Below, one piece after another: positions 26,708-37,682 of a stretch of DNA of 64,000 bases (position 1 is the first letter of the stretch; every line of letters begins with the position of its first letter). A program made the translations under genes and the position numbers. The DNA is from Felis catus. Lineage: Eukaryota. The stretch covers positions 103,418,001-103,482,000 of the forward strand of contig NC_058368.1 in NCBI RefSeq assembly GCF_018350175.1, in the 5' to 3' direction. The notes under the pieces are model-generated. The model was not told the DNA's origin. It searched no databases and was given only the letters and a program-made list of their open reading frames with translations.

Positions 26708-26747
26708 TAAAGTAAAGTAAAATAAAGTAAAGTAAAGTAATGTAAAG
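26708..26747 (+). repeat. (TAAAG)n pentanucleotide repeat
   Basis: TAAAGTAAAGTAAAATAAAGTAAAGTAAAGTAATGTAAAG. Confidence 0.85.
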
Positions 26748-26800
26748 CATGGCTAAGAAAAACTCTACTTATTTTATGATTTTTTTTCTGGCATCTTTTT

Positions 26801-27021
26801 TTTTAATTTTTTTTTCAATGTTTATTTATTTCTTGGGGGGACAGAGAGAGACAGAGCATGAACGGGGGAGGGGCAGAGAGAGAGGGAGACACAGAATCGG
26901 AAACAGGTCCAGGCTCCGAGCCATCAGCCCAGAGCCCGACGCGGGGGTCGAACTCACAGACCGCGAGATGGTGACCTGGCTGAAGTCGGAGGCTTAACCG
27001 ACTGCGCCACCCAGGCGCCCC
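26801..27021 (-). mobile_element. Young SINEC_Fc
   Basis: CpG-rich. Perfect TSD TTCTGGCATCTTTTT at 26786-26800 and 27022-27036. Confidence 0.97.
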
Positions 27022-27519
27022 TTCTGGCATCTTTTTAATTATTCAGTCCATATTAAACATCTTGAAGAAAACTGATAATAGAGTTCCAATAAGAAATTAT
27101 CATTGTTTCTGACTTTCAAAACAATAAGATAGTCCTAGAGCATCCATTGGTACAATGCTCCAATGTGTCTCTTTAATGATAGTCAATTTGACACAGAGGA
27201 GTATCATACTACTAATGCCCAAGCAAGTGTGAAAGCATTGCTAAATATTATTGCTCACCAGCCCCCATTCAGCAGTAAGGATAACAGTCCCCTATTATCG
27301 GTGGTTAAATTATGCCCATTTATTTCATCAGCTGGAAGCCTGTATTCATATAAAAATTCAAAATTAAATCCTAAAATGCCAAAAAGTTGATTGATAAGGT
27401 TAAAACTAAGTATCATAATTAACTGAAGGAAAATGTGGTAATAAGTAACTAATTACCCATATCAATGCAGGAGATTAGTCCTGAAGATGTCAGAAATTTT
27501 AGTAAAATTACTAAAATGA

Positions 27520-28330
27520 TTCTGATCTTCCAATTCCAATATGTGAAAGTGAGAGTTTTGCCCCATACCCCCAATCAATTTTCTTACATCAGCGGGGTAT
27601 CCTATAATTCAACTCAATTCTAATACTATCTGTGATGATCCCACAGGTTAAGGGCTCAATTATAAAAGACTGCCCTCCTCACACACGAAATACCAGCCAC
27701 AAGTTCATACGGTCTGGTCTACCTGTGCTTCTGACCAAATGATTATAGGCTGGAGACCCCAAAAACCCCCTTCTTGGGTTCAGTTAACTTGCTGGAGTGG
27801 CTCCAAGAACTCAGGACAACATTTTACTTATTATATCACCAGTTTATTATAAAATGACCTAACTCAGAAACAGCCAGACAGAAGAGATATATAGGTCAAG
27901 ATATGGGGAAAGAGGATGGACCCTCCATGCCCTCTCCAGGTGTACCATTTTCCCTGTACCTTCACATGTTCACCAACCCAAAAACTCTCCACAGCCTGCC
28001 CTTTCAGATTTTTATGGAGGCTGCATTACATAGGCATGACTAATTAAATCATTGGCCATTGGTAATGGGTTCAACCTCCAACTCTTCTCCCCCCTCCCAT
28101 CCACCGTCCCAGTTCAGTAAGTTGGAACTTTGAGTTGGTTTCACATGGTTTGTTTTCCTGGCAATCAGCCAACATCCTGAGGTGGCGTTCAAAAATCACC
28201 TTGTTAAGATAACAAAAGATACCTTTGCTGCTCTCATCACTTAGGAAATTCCAAAGGTTTCAGGAACTCTGTGCCAGAAATGAAGACAAACACCAAATAC
28301 TGATTTCTTATTATAAATCACAAAATCACA
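27520..28330 (-). mobile_element. MER21/CarLTR-like solo LTR
   Basis: AATTCAACTCAATTCT...GATCCCACAGGTTAAGGGCTCA...AAGACTGCCC, TTTTATGGAGGC...TAAATCATTGGCCATTGGT, ending TTATAAATCACAAAATCACA. Confidence 0.8.
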
Positions 28331-28439
28331 GTTTCTAACATCAATAGTTCTGTTTTACATCAGTTTAGGTGTTAATTAAAAGAATTTTCTTTGCCAAAAT
28401 GGATTTTATTAATATAGTTTTTATTTTATTTTTTAATAT

Positions 28440-28687
28440 AGTTTTTAAAAGTTTACTTATTTACTTTTGAGAGACAGAAAGAGAGAGAGTCGGAGAGAGG
28501 AAGATAGAGAGGGAGAGAGAGGAAAGGAGAGAGAGGGAGAGAGAGGAAGGAAGAGAGAGAATCCCAAGCAGGATCCATGCTACCAGGGCAGAGCCCAATG
28601 TGGGGCTGAAACTCACAGCCATGAGATCATGACCAGAGCTGAAATCAAGAGTCTGAAGCTTAACTGACTGAGCCACCCAGGTGCCCC
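28440..28687 (-). mobile_element. Can-SINE with expanded (GA)n tract
   Basis: GAGATCATGACC...CTGAGCCACCCAGGTGCCCC. Confidence 0.92.
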
Positions 28688-29017
28688 TAGTTTTTTTCCT
28701 TCTAATCAAATTGGCATCCCATTTCAAATCCAATGACTCAATAGAACTTATATGGACTTAGTAAAGGCAAAATTTTTCATCATTCATTCACTCAGCATAT
28801 ACTTAATGAATGCTTATATACATCATTGTATTCATTTCCTGTTGTCACTATAAAACAAATTATGACAAATTTAGCAGCTTAAAACAACAGAAATTTATTC
28901 TATTATAGTTCTGCATATCAGAAGTTCAAAATGACTCTTAAGGAATGAAAAGCAAGGTTTTAGTAGGCTGGTTTCTTCTGGAGAATCCAGAGGAGAATGT
29001 GTTTGCTGTCTCTTCCA

Positions 29018-29227
29018 TTTTTTTTTAAGTTTATTTTTGAGAGAGAGAGAAAGTGTGTGAATGAGCACACAACTGGGGGAGGGGCAGATAGAGAGAGAAG
29101 CCCAAGCAGGCTCTGCACTGTCAGCATGGACCCAGATGTGGGGCTCAAACTCACAAACCCTGAGATCATCACCTGAGGTGAAATCTAGAGTCACACGTTG
29201 AACCAACTGAGTCACCCAAGTGCCATC
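29018..29227 (-). mobile_element. Can-SINE inserted in the MLT1D LTR
   Basis: TSD GTCTCTTCCA at 29008-29017 and 29228-29237. Confidence 0.92.
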
Positions 29228-30968
29228 GTCTCTTCCACTTTTAAAGGCTACTCACATTCTGTGGCTCCTGGTACCATCACTCATATCTCTGCTTCAGTTT
29301 TCACATCATCTTCTCTACTGTAGTCAAATCGCCCTTTGTCTCCCCCTTATAAGGATAGTTGGATCAACTCATTATAGCATCAACTCAAGAACAAAATCAT
29401 CTAAAATATGTAACGATGGTCAGCTCAAAAGTCCCAGATCTCACCATCTAAATCAAGTATGGTTAAGACTCAAGCTATGACAAATTCCTGGCCAAATTCC
29501 TCCCAATCTGTGGACTTTTGTAAACAGATGACAAATTACCTGGTTCCCAAACACAATGTTTGGTAGGCATAGAATAACAGTTATAGACAATTGCATTCTA
29601 AGACAGAGAAAACAGAAGAAATAAAGGAATCAATGTTCCCAACCAATTTCAGACTTCGGATTGGAAGAACAAATATTGCTAAAATGTCTATACTATCTAA
29701 AGCAATCTACAGATTTAATGCAATAGCTATCAAGATACAACAGCATTTTTCACAGAACTAGAACAAATAATTCCAAAATTTGTATGGAACTACAGAAGAC
29801 CTCAAATAGGGGGTCTTGAAAACAAACTTGAAAAAGAAAAACAAAGCTAGAGGTATCACAATTCCAGATTTCAAGTTATACAACAAAGCTATATTAATCA
29901 AAACAGTATGGTACAGGCATTAAACAAAGACACATAGATCAATGGAAAAGTATAGAAAACACAAAAACAAACTCACAATTACCTGGTCAATCTTCAGCAA
30001 AAGAGGCAAGAATATGTAATGGGAAAACATACTCTTCAACAAATGGTGTTGGAAAAATCATCTACATGAAAAAGAATGAAACTGGATCACTTTTTCACAC
30101 CCTACACAAAAATAAACTCAAAATGGATTAAAGACTAAATGTGAGACCTGAAACCAAAGACCCTAGAAGACAGCACAGGCAGTAATTTCTCTGACATCAG
30201 CCATAGCAACACATTTCTAGCTATGTCACCTGAGGCAAAGGAAATAAAAGCAAAAATGCACTATTGGGACTACATTAAAATAAAAAGCTTTTGCACAGCA
30301 AGGGAAACAATCAACAAAACTAAAAGACAACCTACTGAATAGAAGATATTTGCAAATTATATATCCAATAAAGGGTTACTATCCAAAATACATAAAGAAC
30401 TTATACAGCTCAACACCCAAAAAACAAATAATTCAATTAAAAAACAGACAAAAGACATAAGCACACATTTCTGCAAAGAAAGACACAGATGACCAACAGA
30501 CACATGAAAAGATGCTCAACATCACTCCTTATCAGGGAAATGCAAATCCCAGCCACAATGAGATATCCCCTCACATCTGTCAGATTGGCTAACTCTAAAA
30601 CATAAGAAGCAATAAGCATTGGCAATGATGTGGAGAAAAAGGAAACTTTTTTAGCACTCTTGGTGGGAAAGTAAACTGGTACAGCCATTCTGGGAAACGG
30701 TGGAGGTGCCTCAAAAATTAAATACAGAACTATCCTTGAATCAGTAATCACACTACTGTGTATACACAAAAAATATATATATAATAAAAACACTAATTGA
30801 AAGGGATCTATGCCCTCTTAGGTTTACTTCAGCATTATTTAAAATAACCAAATTATGGAAGCAGCCCAAGTATCCATCAGTAGATAAATGAATAAAAACG
30901 AGGTGGTATATGTATACAGTGGAAAATTATTCTGCCATGAAAAAGAATGAAATCTTGAAAGAGGAGAG

Positions 30969-30979
30969 AAGATGGCGGC
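30969..30979 (+). promoter_or_regulatory. YY1 motif at the L1 5' end
   Basis: AAGATGGCGGC about 10 nt into the element, the position known for the L1 YY1 site. Confidence 0.7.
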
Positions 30980-31455
30980 ATAGGAGGACTCTGGGCTCAC
31001 CGCGTTCTGCGGATCACTTAGATTCCACCCACACCTGCCTAAATAACCCAGAAAACCACCAGAAGACTAGCAGAATGGATTCTCCGGAGACAAGCGTAGA
31101 CGAGAGGCCCATGGAAGATGGGCCCCTCCCGAAGCGGATCTCCGAAGGAAAAGCGAGCTGAGCCTGCCCCTCCTGCCCCTGTGCACCTTGCTGATCCACC
31201 CCAGCTAATACGCCAGATCCCCAGCACCAAAAGCCTGGCAGGGTGCAAGTAGCCCAGATGGGCCATGCCACCCCACAGTGAATCCCGCCCCTAGAAGAGG
31301 AGAAGAGAAGGTACACACCAGTCTGACTGTGGCCCCAACGGTGGGCTGGGGGCAGACATCGGGTCTGAATGCAGCCCCTCTTACCAACGCAAGTTATTCA
31401 AGACAGCACAGGGGAAGTGCCCCGCAGTTCCGCACCACTCCAAGGACTATCCAAA

Positions 31456-32346
31456 ATGACTAAACGGAAGAATTCCCCTCAGAAAAACCTCCAGGAAATA
31501 ACGTCAGCTAACGAACTGATCAAAAACGATTTAAACAATATAACAGAAAGTGAATTTAGAATAATGGTCATAAAATTAATCGCTGGGCTTGAAAACAGTA
31601 TAAAAGACAGCAGAGAATCTATCGCTACAGAGATCAAGGGACTAAGGAACAGCCAGGAGGAGCTAAAAAATGCTATTAATGAGCTGCAAAATAAAATGGA
31701 GATGACCACAGCTCGGATTGAAGAGGCAGAGGAGAGAATAGGTGAACTAGAAGATAAAATTATGGAAAAAGAAGAAGCTGAGAAAAAGAGAGATAAAAAA
31801 AATCCAGGAGTATGAGGGGAGAATTAGAGAACTAAGTAATGCGATAAAACGCAATAATATATGCATATTGGGATTCCAGAGGAGGAAGAGAGAGAGAAAG
31901 GTGCTGAAGGTGTACTTGAAGAAATAATAGCTGAGAATTTCCCTGATCTGGGGAAGGAAAAAGGCATTGAAATCCAAAAGGCACAGAGAACTCCCTTCAA
32001 ACCTAACTTGAATCGATCTTCTGCATGACATATCATAGTGAAACTGGCAAAATACAAGGATAAAGAGAAAATTCTGAAAGCAGCTATGGATAAACGTGCT
32101 GTAACATATAAAGGGAGACTGATAAGACTAGTGAAGGACCTCTCTACTGAAACTTGGCAGGCCAGAATGGAATGGCAGGAAATCTTCAATGTGATGAACA
32201 GAAAAAATATGCAGCCTAGAATCCTCTATCCAGCAAATCTGTCATTTAGAATAGAAGGAGAGACAAGGGTCTTCCCAAACAAACAAAAACTGAAGGAATT
32301 CATCACTAAACCAACCCTACAAGAGATCCTAAAGGGGATCCTGTGA
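31456..32346 (+). pseudogene. L1 ORF1p (RNA-binding chaperone), disrupted
   Basis: MTKRKNSPQKNLQE...coiled coil...QPRILYPANLSF...LQEILKGIL*. Frameshift in the A-run near 31800, a compensating shift near 31865, and a TGA near 32026. Confidence 0.93.
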
Positions 32347-32396
32347 GACCAAGTACCAGAGACATCACTACAAGGATGAAACCTACAGACATCACA

Positions 32397-35300
32397 ATGA
32401 CTCTGAACCCATATCTTTCTATAATAACACTGAATGTAAATGGACTAAATGTGCCAACCAAAAGACATAGGGTATCAGAATGGATAAAAAAACAAGACCC
32501 ATCTATTTGCTGTCTACAAGAGACTCATTTTAGACCTGAAGACACTCTCAGATTGAAAGTGAGGGGATGGAGAACTATTTATCATGCTACTGGAAGTCAA
32601 ATGAAAGCTGGAGTAGCCATACTTATATCAGACAAACTGGAGTTTAAATTAAAGGCTGTAACAAGAGATGAAGAAGGGCATTATATAATAATTGCAGGGT
32701 CTATCCATCAAGAATAACTAACAGTTATAAATGTCTATGCACCGAATACGGAAGCCCCCAAATATATATAAAACAATTACTCACAAACATAAGCAACCTT
32801 ATTGACAAGAATGTGGTAATTGCAGGGGACTTTAATACCCCACTTACAACAATGGATAGATCATCTAGACACATGGTCAATAAAGAAACAAGGGCCCTGA
32901 ATGATACATTGGATCAGATGGACTTGACAGATATATTTAGAACTCTGCATCCCAAAGCAACAGAATATACTTTCTTCTCCAGTGCACGTGGAACATTCTC
33001 CAAGATAGATCACATACTGGGTCACAAAACAGCCCTTCATAATACACAAGAATTGAGATCAAACCATGCATACTTTCGGACCACAATGCTATGAAGCCTG
33101 ATATCAACCACAGGAAAAAGTCTGGAAAACCTCCAAAAGCATGGAGGTTAAAGAATACCCTACTAAAGAATGAATGGGTCAACGAGGCAATTAGAGAAGA
33201 AATTAAAAAATATATGGAAACAAATGAAAATGAAAATACAACAATCCAAACTCTTTGGGATGCAGGGAAGGCAGTCCTGAGAGGAAAATACATTGCAATC
33301 CAGGCCTATCTCAAGAAACAAGAAAAATCCCAAATATAAAATCTAATAGCACACCTAAAGGAACTAGAAGCAGAACAGCAAAGACAGCCTAAACCCAGCA
33401 GAAGAAGAGAAATAATAAAGATCAGAGCAGAAATAAACAATATAGAATCTAAAAAAACCTGTAGAGCAGATCAATGAAACCAAGAGCTGGTTTTTTGAAA
33501 AAATAAACAAAATTGATAAACATCTAGCCAGGCTTCTCAAAAAGAAAAGGGAGAGGACCCAAATAGATAAAATCATGAATGAAACTGGAATTATTACAAC
33601 AAATCCCTCAGAAATACAAGCAATTATCAGGGAATACTATGAAAAATTATAGTATTTTCAAACTGAACAACCTGGAAGAAATGGACAAATTCCTAAACAC
33701 CCACACACTCCCAAAACTCAAACAGGAATAAATAGAAAGCTTGAACAGACCCATAACTAGTGAAGAAATTGAATCAGTTATCAAAAATCTCCCAACAAAT
33801 AAGAGTCCAGTACCAGATGGCTTCCCTGGGGAATTCTACCAGATGTTTAAAGCAGAGATAATACCTATCCTTCTCCAGCTGTTCCAAAAAATACAAAGGG
33901 AAGGAAAACTTCCAGATTCATTCTATGAAGCCAGTATTACTTTGATTCCTAAACCAGACAGAGACCCAGTAAAAAAAGAGAACTACAGGCCAATATCCCT
34001 GATGAATATGGATGCAAAAATTCTCAATAAGATACTAGCAAATCGAATTCAACAGCTTATAAAAAGAATTATTCACCATGATCAAGTGGGATTCATTCCT
34101 GTGATGCAGGGCTGGTTCAACATTCACAAATCAATCAACGTGATACATCACATTAATAAAAGAAAGGGTAAGAACCATAAGATCCTGTCAATCGATGCAG
34201 AAAAAGCATTTGACAAAATTCAGCATCCTTTCTTAATAAAAAGCCTCGAGAAAGTCGGGATAGAAGGAACATACTTAAACATCATAAAAGCCATTTATGA
34301 AAAGCCCACAGCTAATATCATCCTCAATGGGGAAAAACTGAGAGCTTTCTCCCTGAGATCAAGAACACGACAGGGATGTCCACTCTCACCGCTGTTGTTT
34401 AACGTAGTGTTGGAAGTTCTAGCATCAGCAGTCAGACAACAAAAGGAAATCAAAGGCATCAAAATTGGCAAAGATGAAGTCAAGCTTTGACTTTTTGCAG
34501 ATGACATGATATTATACATGGAAAATCCGACAGACTCCACCAAAAGTCTGCTAGAACTGATACAGGAATTCAGCAAAGTTGCAGGATACAAAATCAACGT
34601 ACAGAAATCAGTTGCATTCTTATACGCTAATAATGAAGCAACAGAAAGACAAATAAAGAAACTGATCCCATTCACAATTGCACCAAGAAGCATAAAATAC
34701 CTAGGAATAAATCTAACCAAAGATGTACAAGATCTGTATGCTGAAAACTATAGAAAGCTTATGAAGGAAATTGAAGAAGATATAAAGAAATGGAAAAACA
34801 TTCCGTGCTCATGGGTTGGAAGAATAAATATTGTTAAAATGTCAATACTACCCAAAGCTATCTACACATTCAATGCAATCCCAATCAAAATTGCACCAGC
34901 ATTCTTCTCGAAGCTAGAACAAGCAATCCTAAAATTCATATGGAACCACAAAAGGCCCCAAATAGCCAAAGTAATTTTGAAGAAGGAGACCAAAGCAGGA
35001 GGCATCACAATCCCAAACTTTAGCCTCTACTACAAAGCTGTAATCATCAAGACAGCATGGTATTGGCACAAAAACAGACACATAGACCAAAGGAATAGAA
35101 TAGAAACCCCAGAACTAGACCCACAAATGTATGGCCAACTCATCTTTGACAAAGCAGGAAAGAACATCTAATGGAAAAAAGACAGTCTCTTTAACAAATG
35201 GTGCTGGGAGAACTGGACAGCAACATGCAGAAGGTTGAAACTAGACCACTTTCTCACACCATTCACAAAAATAAACTCAAAATGGATAAAGGACCTGAAT

Positions 35301-36218
35301 GTGAGACAGGAAACCATCAAAACCCTAGAGGAGAAAGCAGGAAAAGACCTCTCTGACCTCAGCCGCAGCAATTTCTTACTTGACACATCCCAAAGGCAAG
35401 GGAATTAAAAGCAAAAATGAACTATTGGGACCTCATGAAGATAAAAAGCTTCTGCACAGCAAAGGAAACAATCAACAAAACTAAAAGGCAACTGACAGAA
35501 TGGGAAGAGATATTTGCAAATGACATAATGGACAAAGGGCTAGTATCCAAAATCTATAAAGAGCTCACCAAACTCCACACCCGAAAAACAAATAATCCAG
35601 TGAAGAAATGGGCAGAAAACATGAACAGACATTTCTCTAAAGAAGACATCTGGATGGCCAACAAGCACATGAAAAGATGCTCAATGTCGCTCCTCATCAG
35701 GGAAATACAATCAAAACCACACTCAGATATCACCTCACACCAGTCAGAGTGGCCAAAATGAACAAATCAGGAGACTATAGACACTGGAGAGGAGTGGAGA
35801 AACGGGAACCCTCTTGCACTGTTGGTGGGAATGCAAACTGGTGCAGCCTCTCTGGAAAACAGTGTGGAGGTTCCTCAAAAAATTAAAAATAGACCTACCC
35901 TATGACCCACCAATAGCAATGCTAGGAATTTACCCAAGGGATACAGGAGTACTGATGCATAGGGGCACTTGTACCCCAATGTTTATAGCAGCACTCTCAA
36001 CAATAGCCAAACTGTGAAAAAGCCTAAATGTCCATCAACTGATGAATGGATAAAGAATTTGTGGTTTATATACACAATGGAGTACTACGTGGCAGTGAGA
36101 AAGAATGAAATGGCCCTTTCTAGCAATGTGGATGGAACTGGAGAGTGTGATGCTAAGTGAAATAAGCCATACAGAGAAAGACAGATACCCTGTGTTTTCA
36201 TTCTTATGTGGATCGTGA
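32397..36218 (+). pseudogene. L1 ORF2p (APE endonuclease, reverse transcriptase, Cys-rich domain), disrupted
   Basis: EN motifs TLNVNGLN, CCLQETH, AGDFNTPL, SKIDHILG. RT motifs [19 protein letters not shown] and FADD (34494-34505). C-terminal [14 protein letters not shown]. Stops at 32715, 33337, 33650, 34488 and 35169, plus several frameshifts. Confidence 0.96.
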
Positions 36219-37483
36219 GAAACTTAACAGAAACTCATTGGGGAGGCGAAGGAAAAAAAAAAGAAAAAAAAAAGAGGTTAGAGTGGGAGAGAGCCAAAGC
36301 ATAAGAGACTCTTAAAAAATTGAGAACACACTGAGGGTTGATGGGGGATGGGAGGGAGAGGAGGGTAGGTGAAGGTTATTGAAGAGGGCACCTTTTGGGA
36401 TGAGCACTGGGTGCTGTATGGAAACTAATTTGACAATAAATTTCATATATTAAAAAAAAAGAATGAAATCTTGCCATTTGCAAAGACATGGATGGAGCTA
36501 GAGAGCATTACGTTAAGCAAAGTAAGTCAGAGGAAGACAATGACTTCACTCATCTGTGGAAGTGAAGAAACAAACAAACAAACAAATTAAAAAAACAAAA
36601 AAAGGAAAAGAAAAAGACAAAGAGACAAACCAAGAAACAGACTCTTAGCTATAGACAACAAACAGATGGTTACCAAAAGGGGAGGGCGGGTGGGGGGATG
36701 GGTCAAAGAGATGAAGGGGATTAAGAGCATACTTATCTTGATGAACACTGAGTAATATCTGGAACTATTAAATTACTGTATTGTATACCTGAAACTAATA
36801 CAACACTGTATGTTAACCACATGAATTAAAATTAAAAACTTAATAAAAATGAAAAATAAGTCTATAAATAAAATGAAGTGAACAACGACACCAACAAAAT
36901 CCATCTGGGCAAACTCCAATAGGTTTCAAAGCCCAAAAATAATGTATGGCTCAAGGCTTCCTCTGGGCCAAATGCTCTGCCCTTGCAGTCATCCTTCCCT
37001 TCTCCTAAATGGTAGTGCATATTCTCAGCTCAATAGTTTTATCAGCTCATTTTATGCCTGTAGAATTTTGGTAGTCTGAGAATTTTTCATTTCGTCCTAT
37101 CTGTGACCCTTTTAGTCCAGGCTAGCTGTATTTCTGCTGATGAAACAATCTCGACACCTTGGTGGGTCTCCTGTGTATACCTCAAGGATTCACTCTATTA
37201 GACAAGAGGCTTCTTCACAGATCTCTCCTGGATAATCTAATCTGTATTCCTGGCTTCTGCTGAGATGCTGAGGGGATCAATGAGTCATGCCCCTAATCCA
37301 TTTAGCACAAGCAAAACTTTGTCCAAACACACTCTTGGTCTCTCCAGAGCACAAATACCTGACAGTGAATCTTCTATTTTAGCACTTTTTGCAATCAGAT
37401 AGACCAGGAATTTCCTACATCATCAAATCATAGTTCTCTTTTGCATAACCATTTTTTCCTCAATTTCTCTCTTCCTCTCACAT

Positions 37484-37486
37484 ATT

Positions 37487-37527
<41 letters not shown>

Positions 37528-37682
37528 AGGGGGAGAGGGGCAGAGAGAAAGAGAGAATCTTAAGCAGGCTCCACACTCAGCATGAAGTCTGCCTAAGGGC
37601 TCAATCCCATGAACCCTGAGATCACGACCTGAGCCAAAATCAAGAGTCGGACGCTCAATCGACTGAGCCACCCAGGAGGCCC
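37484..37682 (-). mobile_element. Can-SINE inserted in the MaLR internal region
   Basis: TSD TCTTCCTCTCACAT at 37470-37483 and 37684-37697, with a long (GA)n tract. Confidence 0.94.

Larger units (their letters stand above)
30958..36455 (+). mobile_element. Near full-length felid L1 (L1_Fc-type), inactive, with a shortened 5'UTR
   Basis: 5' end GAGGAGAGAAGATGGCGG, then ORF1, 50-nt spacer, ORF2, G-rich 3'UTR, AATAAA (36435-36440) and A tail. Perfect 18-bp TSD AAAAAGAATGAAATCTTG at 30940-30957 and 36456-36473. Confidence 0.97.
29658..36880 (+). mobile_element. Older 5'-truncated carnivore L1, split by a younger L1 into 29658-30957 and 36474-36880
   Basis: ORF2 3' sequence stops at ...AAAGAATGAAATCTTG (30957) and resumes with CCATTTGCAAAGACATGGATGGAGCTAGAG (36474), followed by its own 3'UTR and A-rich tail. 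Confidence 0.92.

Noticed and set aside
31014..31316. Antisense ORF in the L1 5'UTR as an ORF0 analogue
   Set aside because: It crosses the inferred deletion junction, so it would not exist in the parent element. GC-rich DNA is stop-poor, and ORF0 is described for primate L1.
30958..36455. Potentially active L1
   Set aside because: Both ORFs carry several stops and frameshifts, including TGA two codons before FADD.
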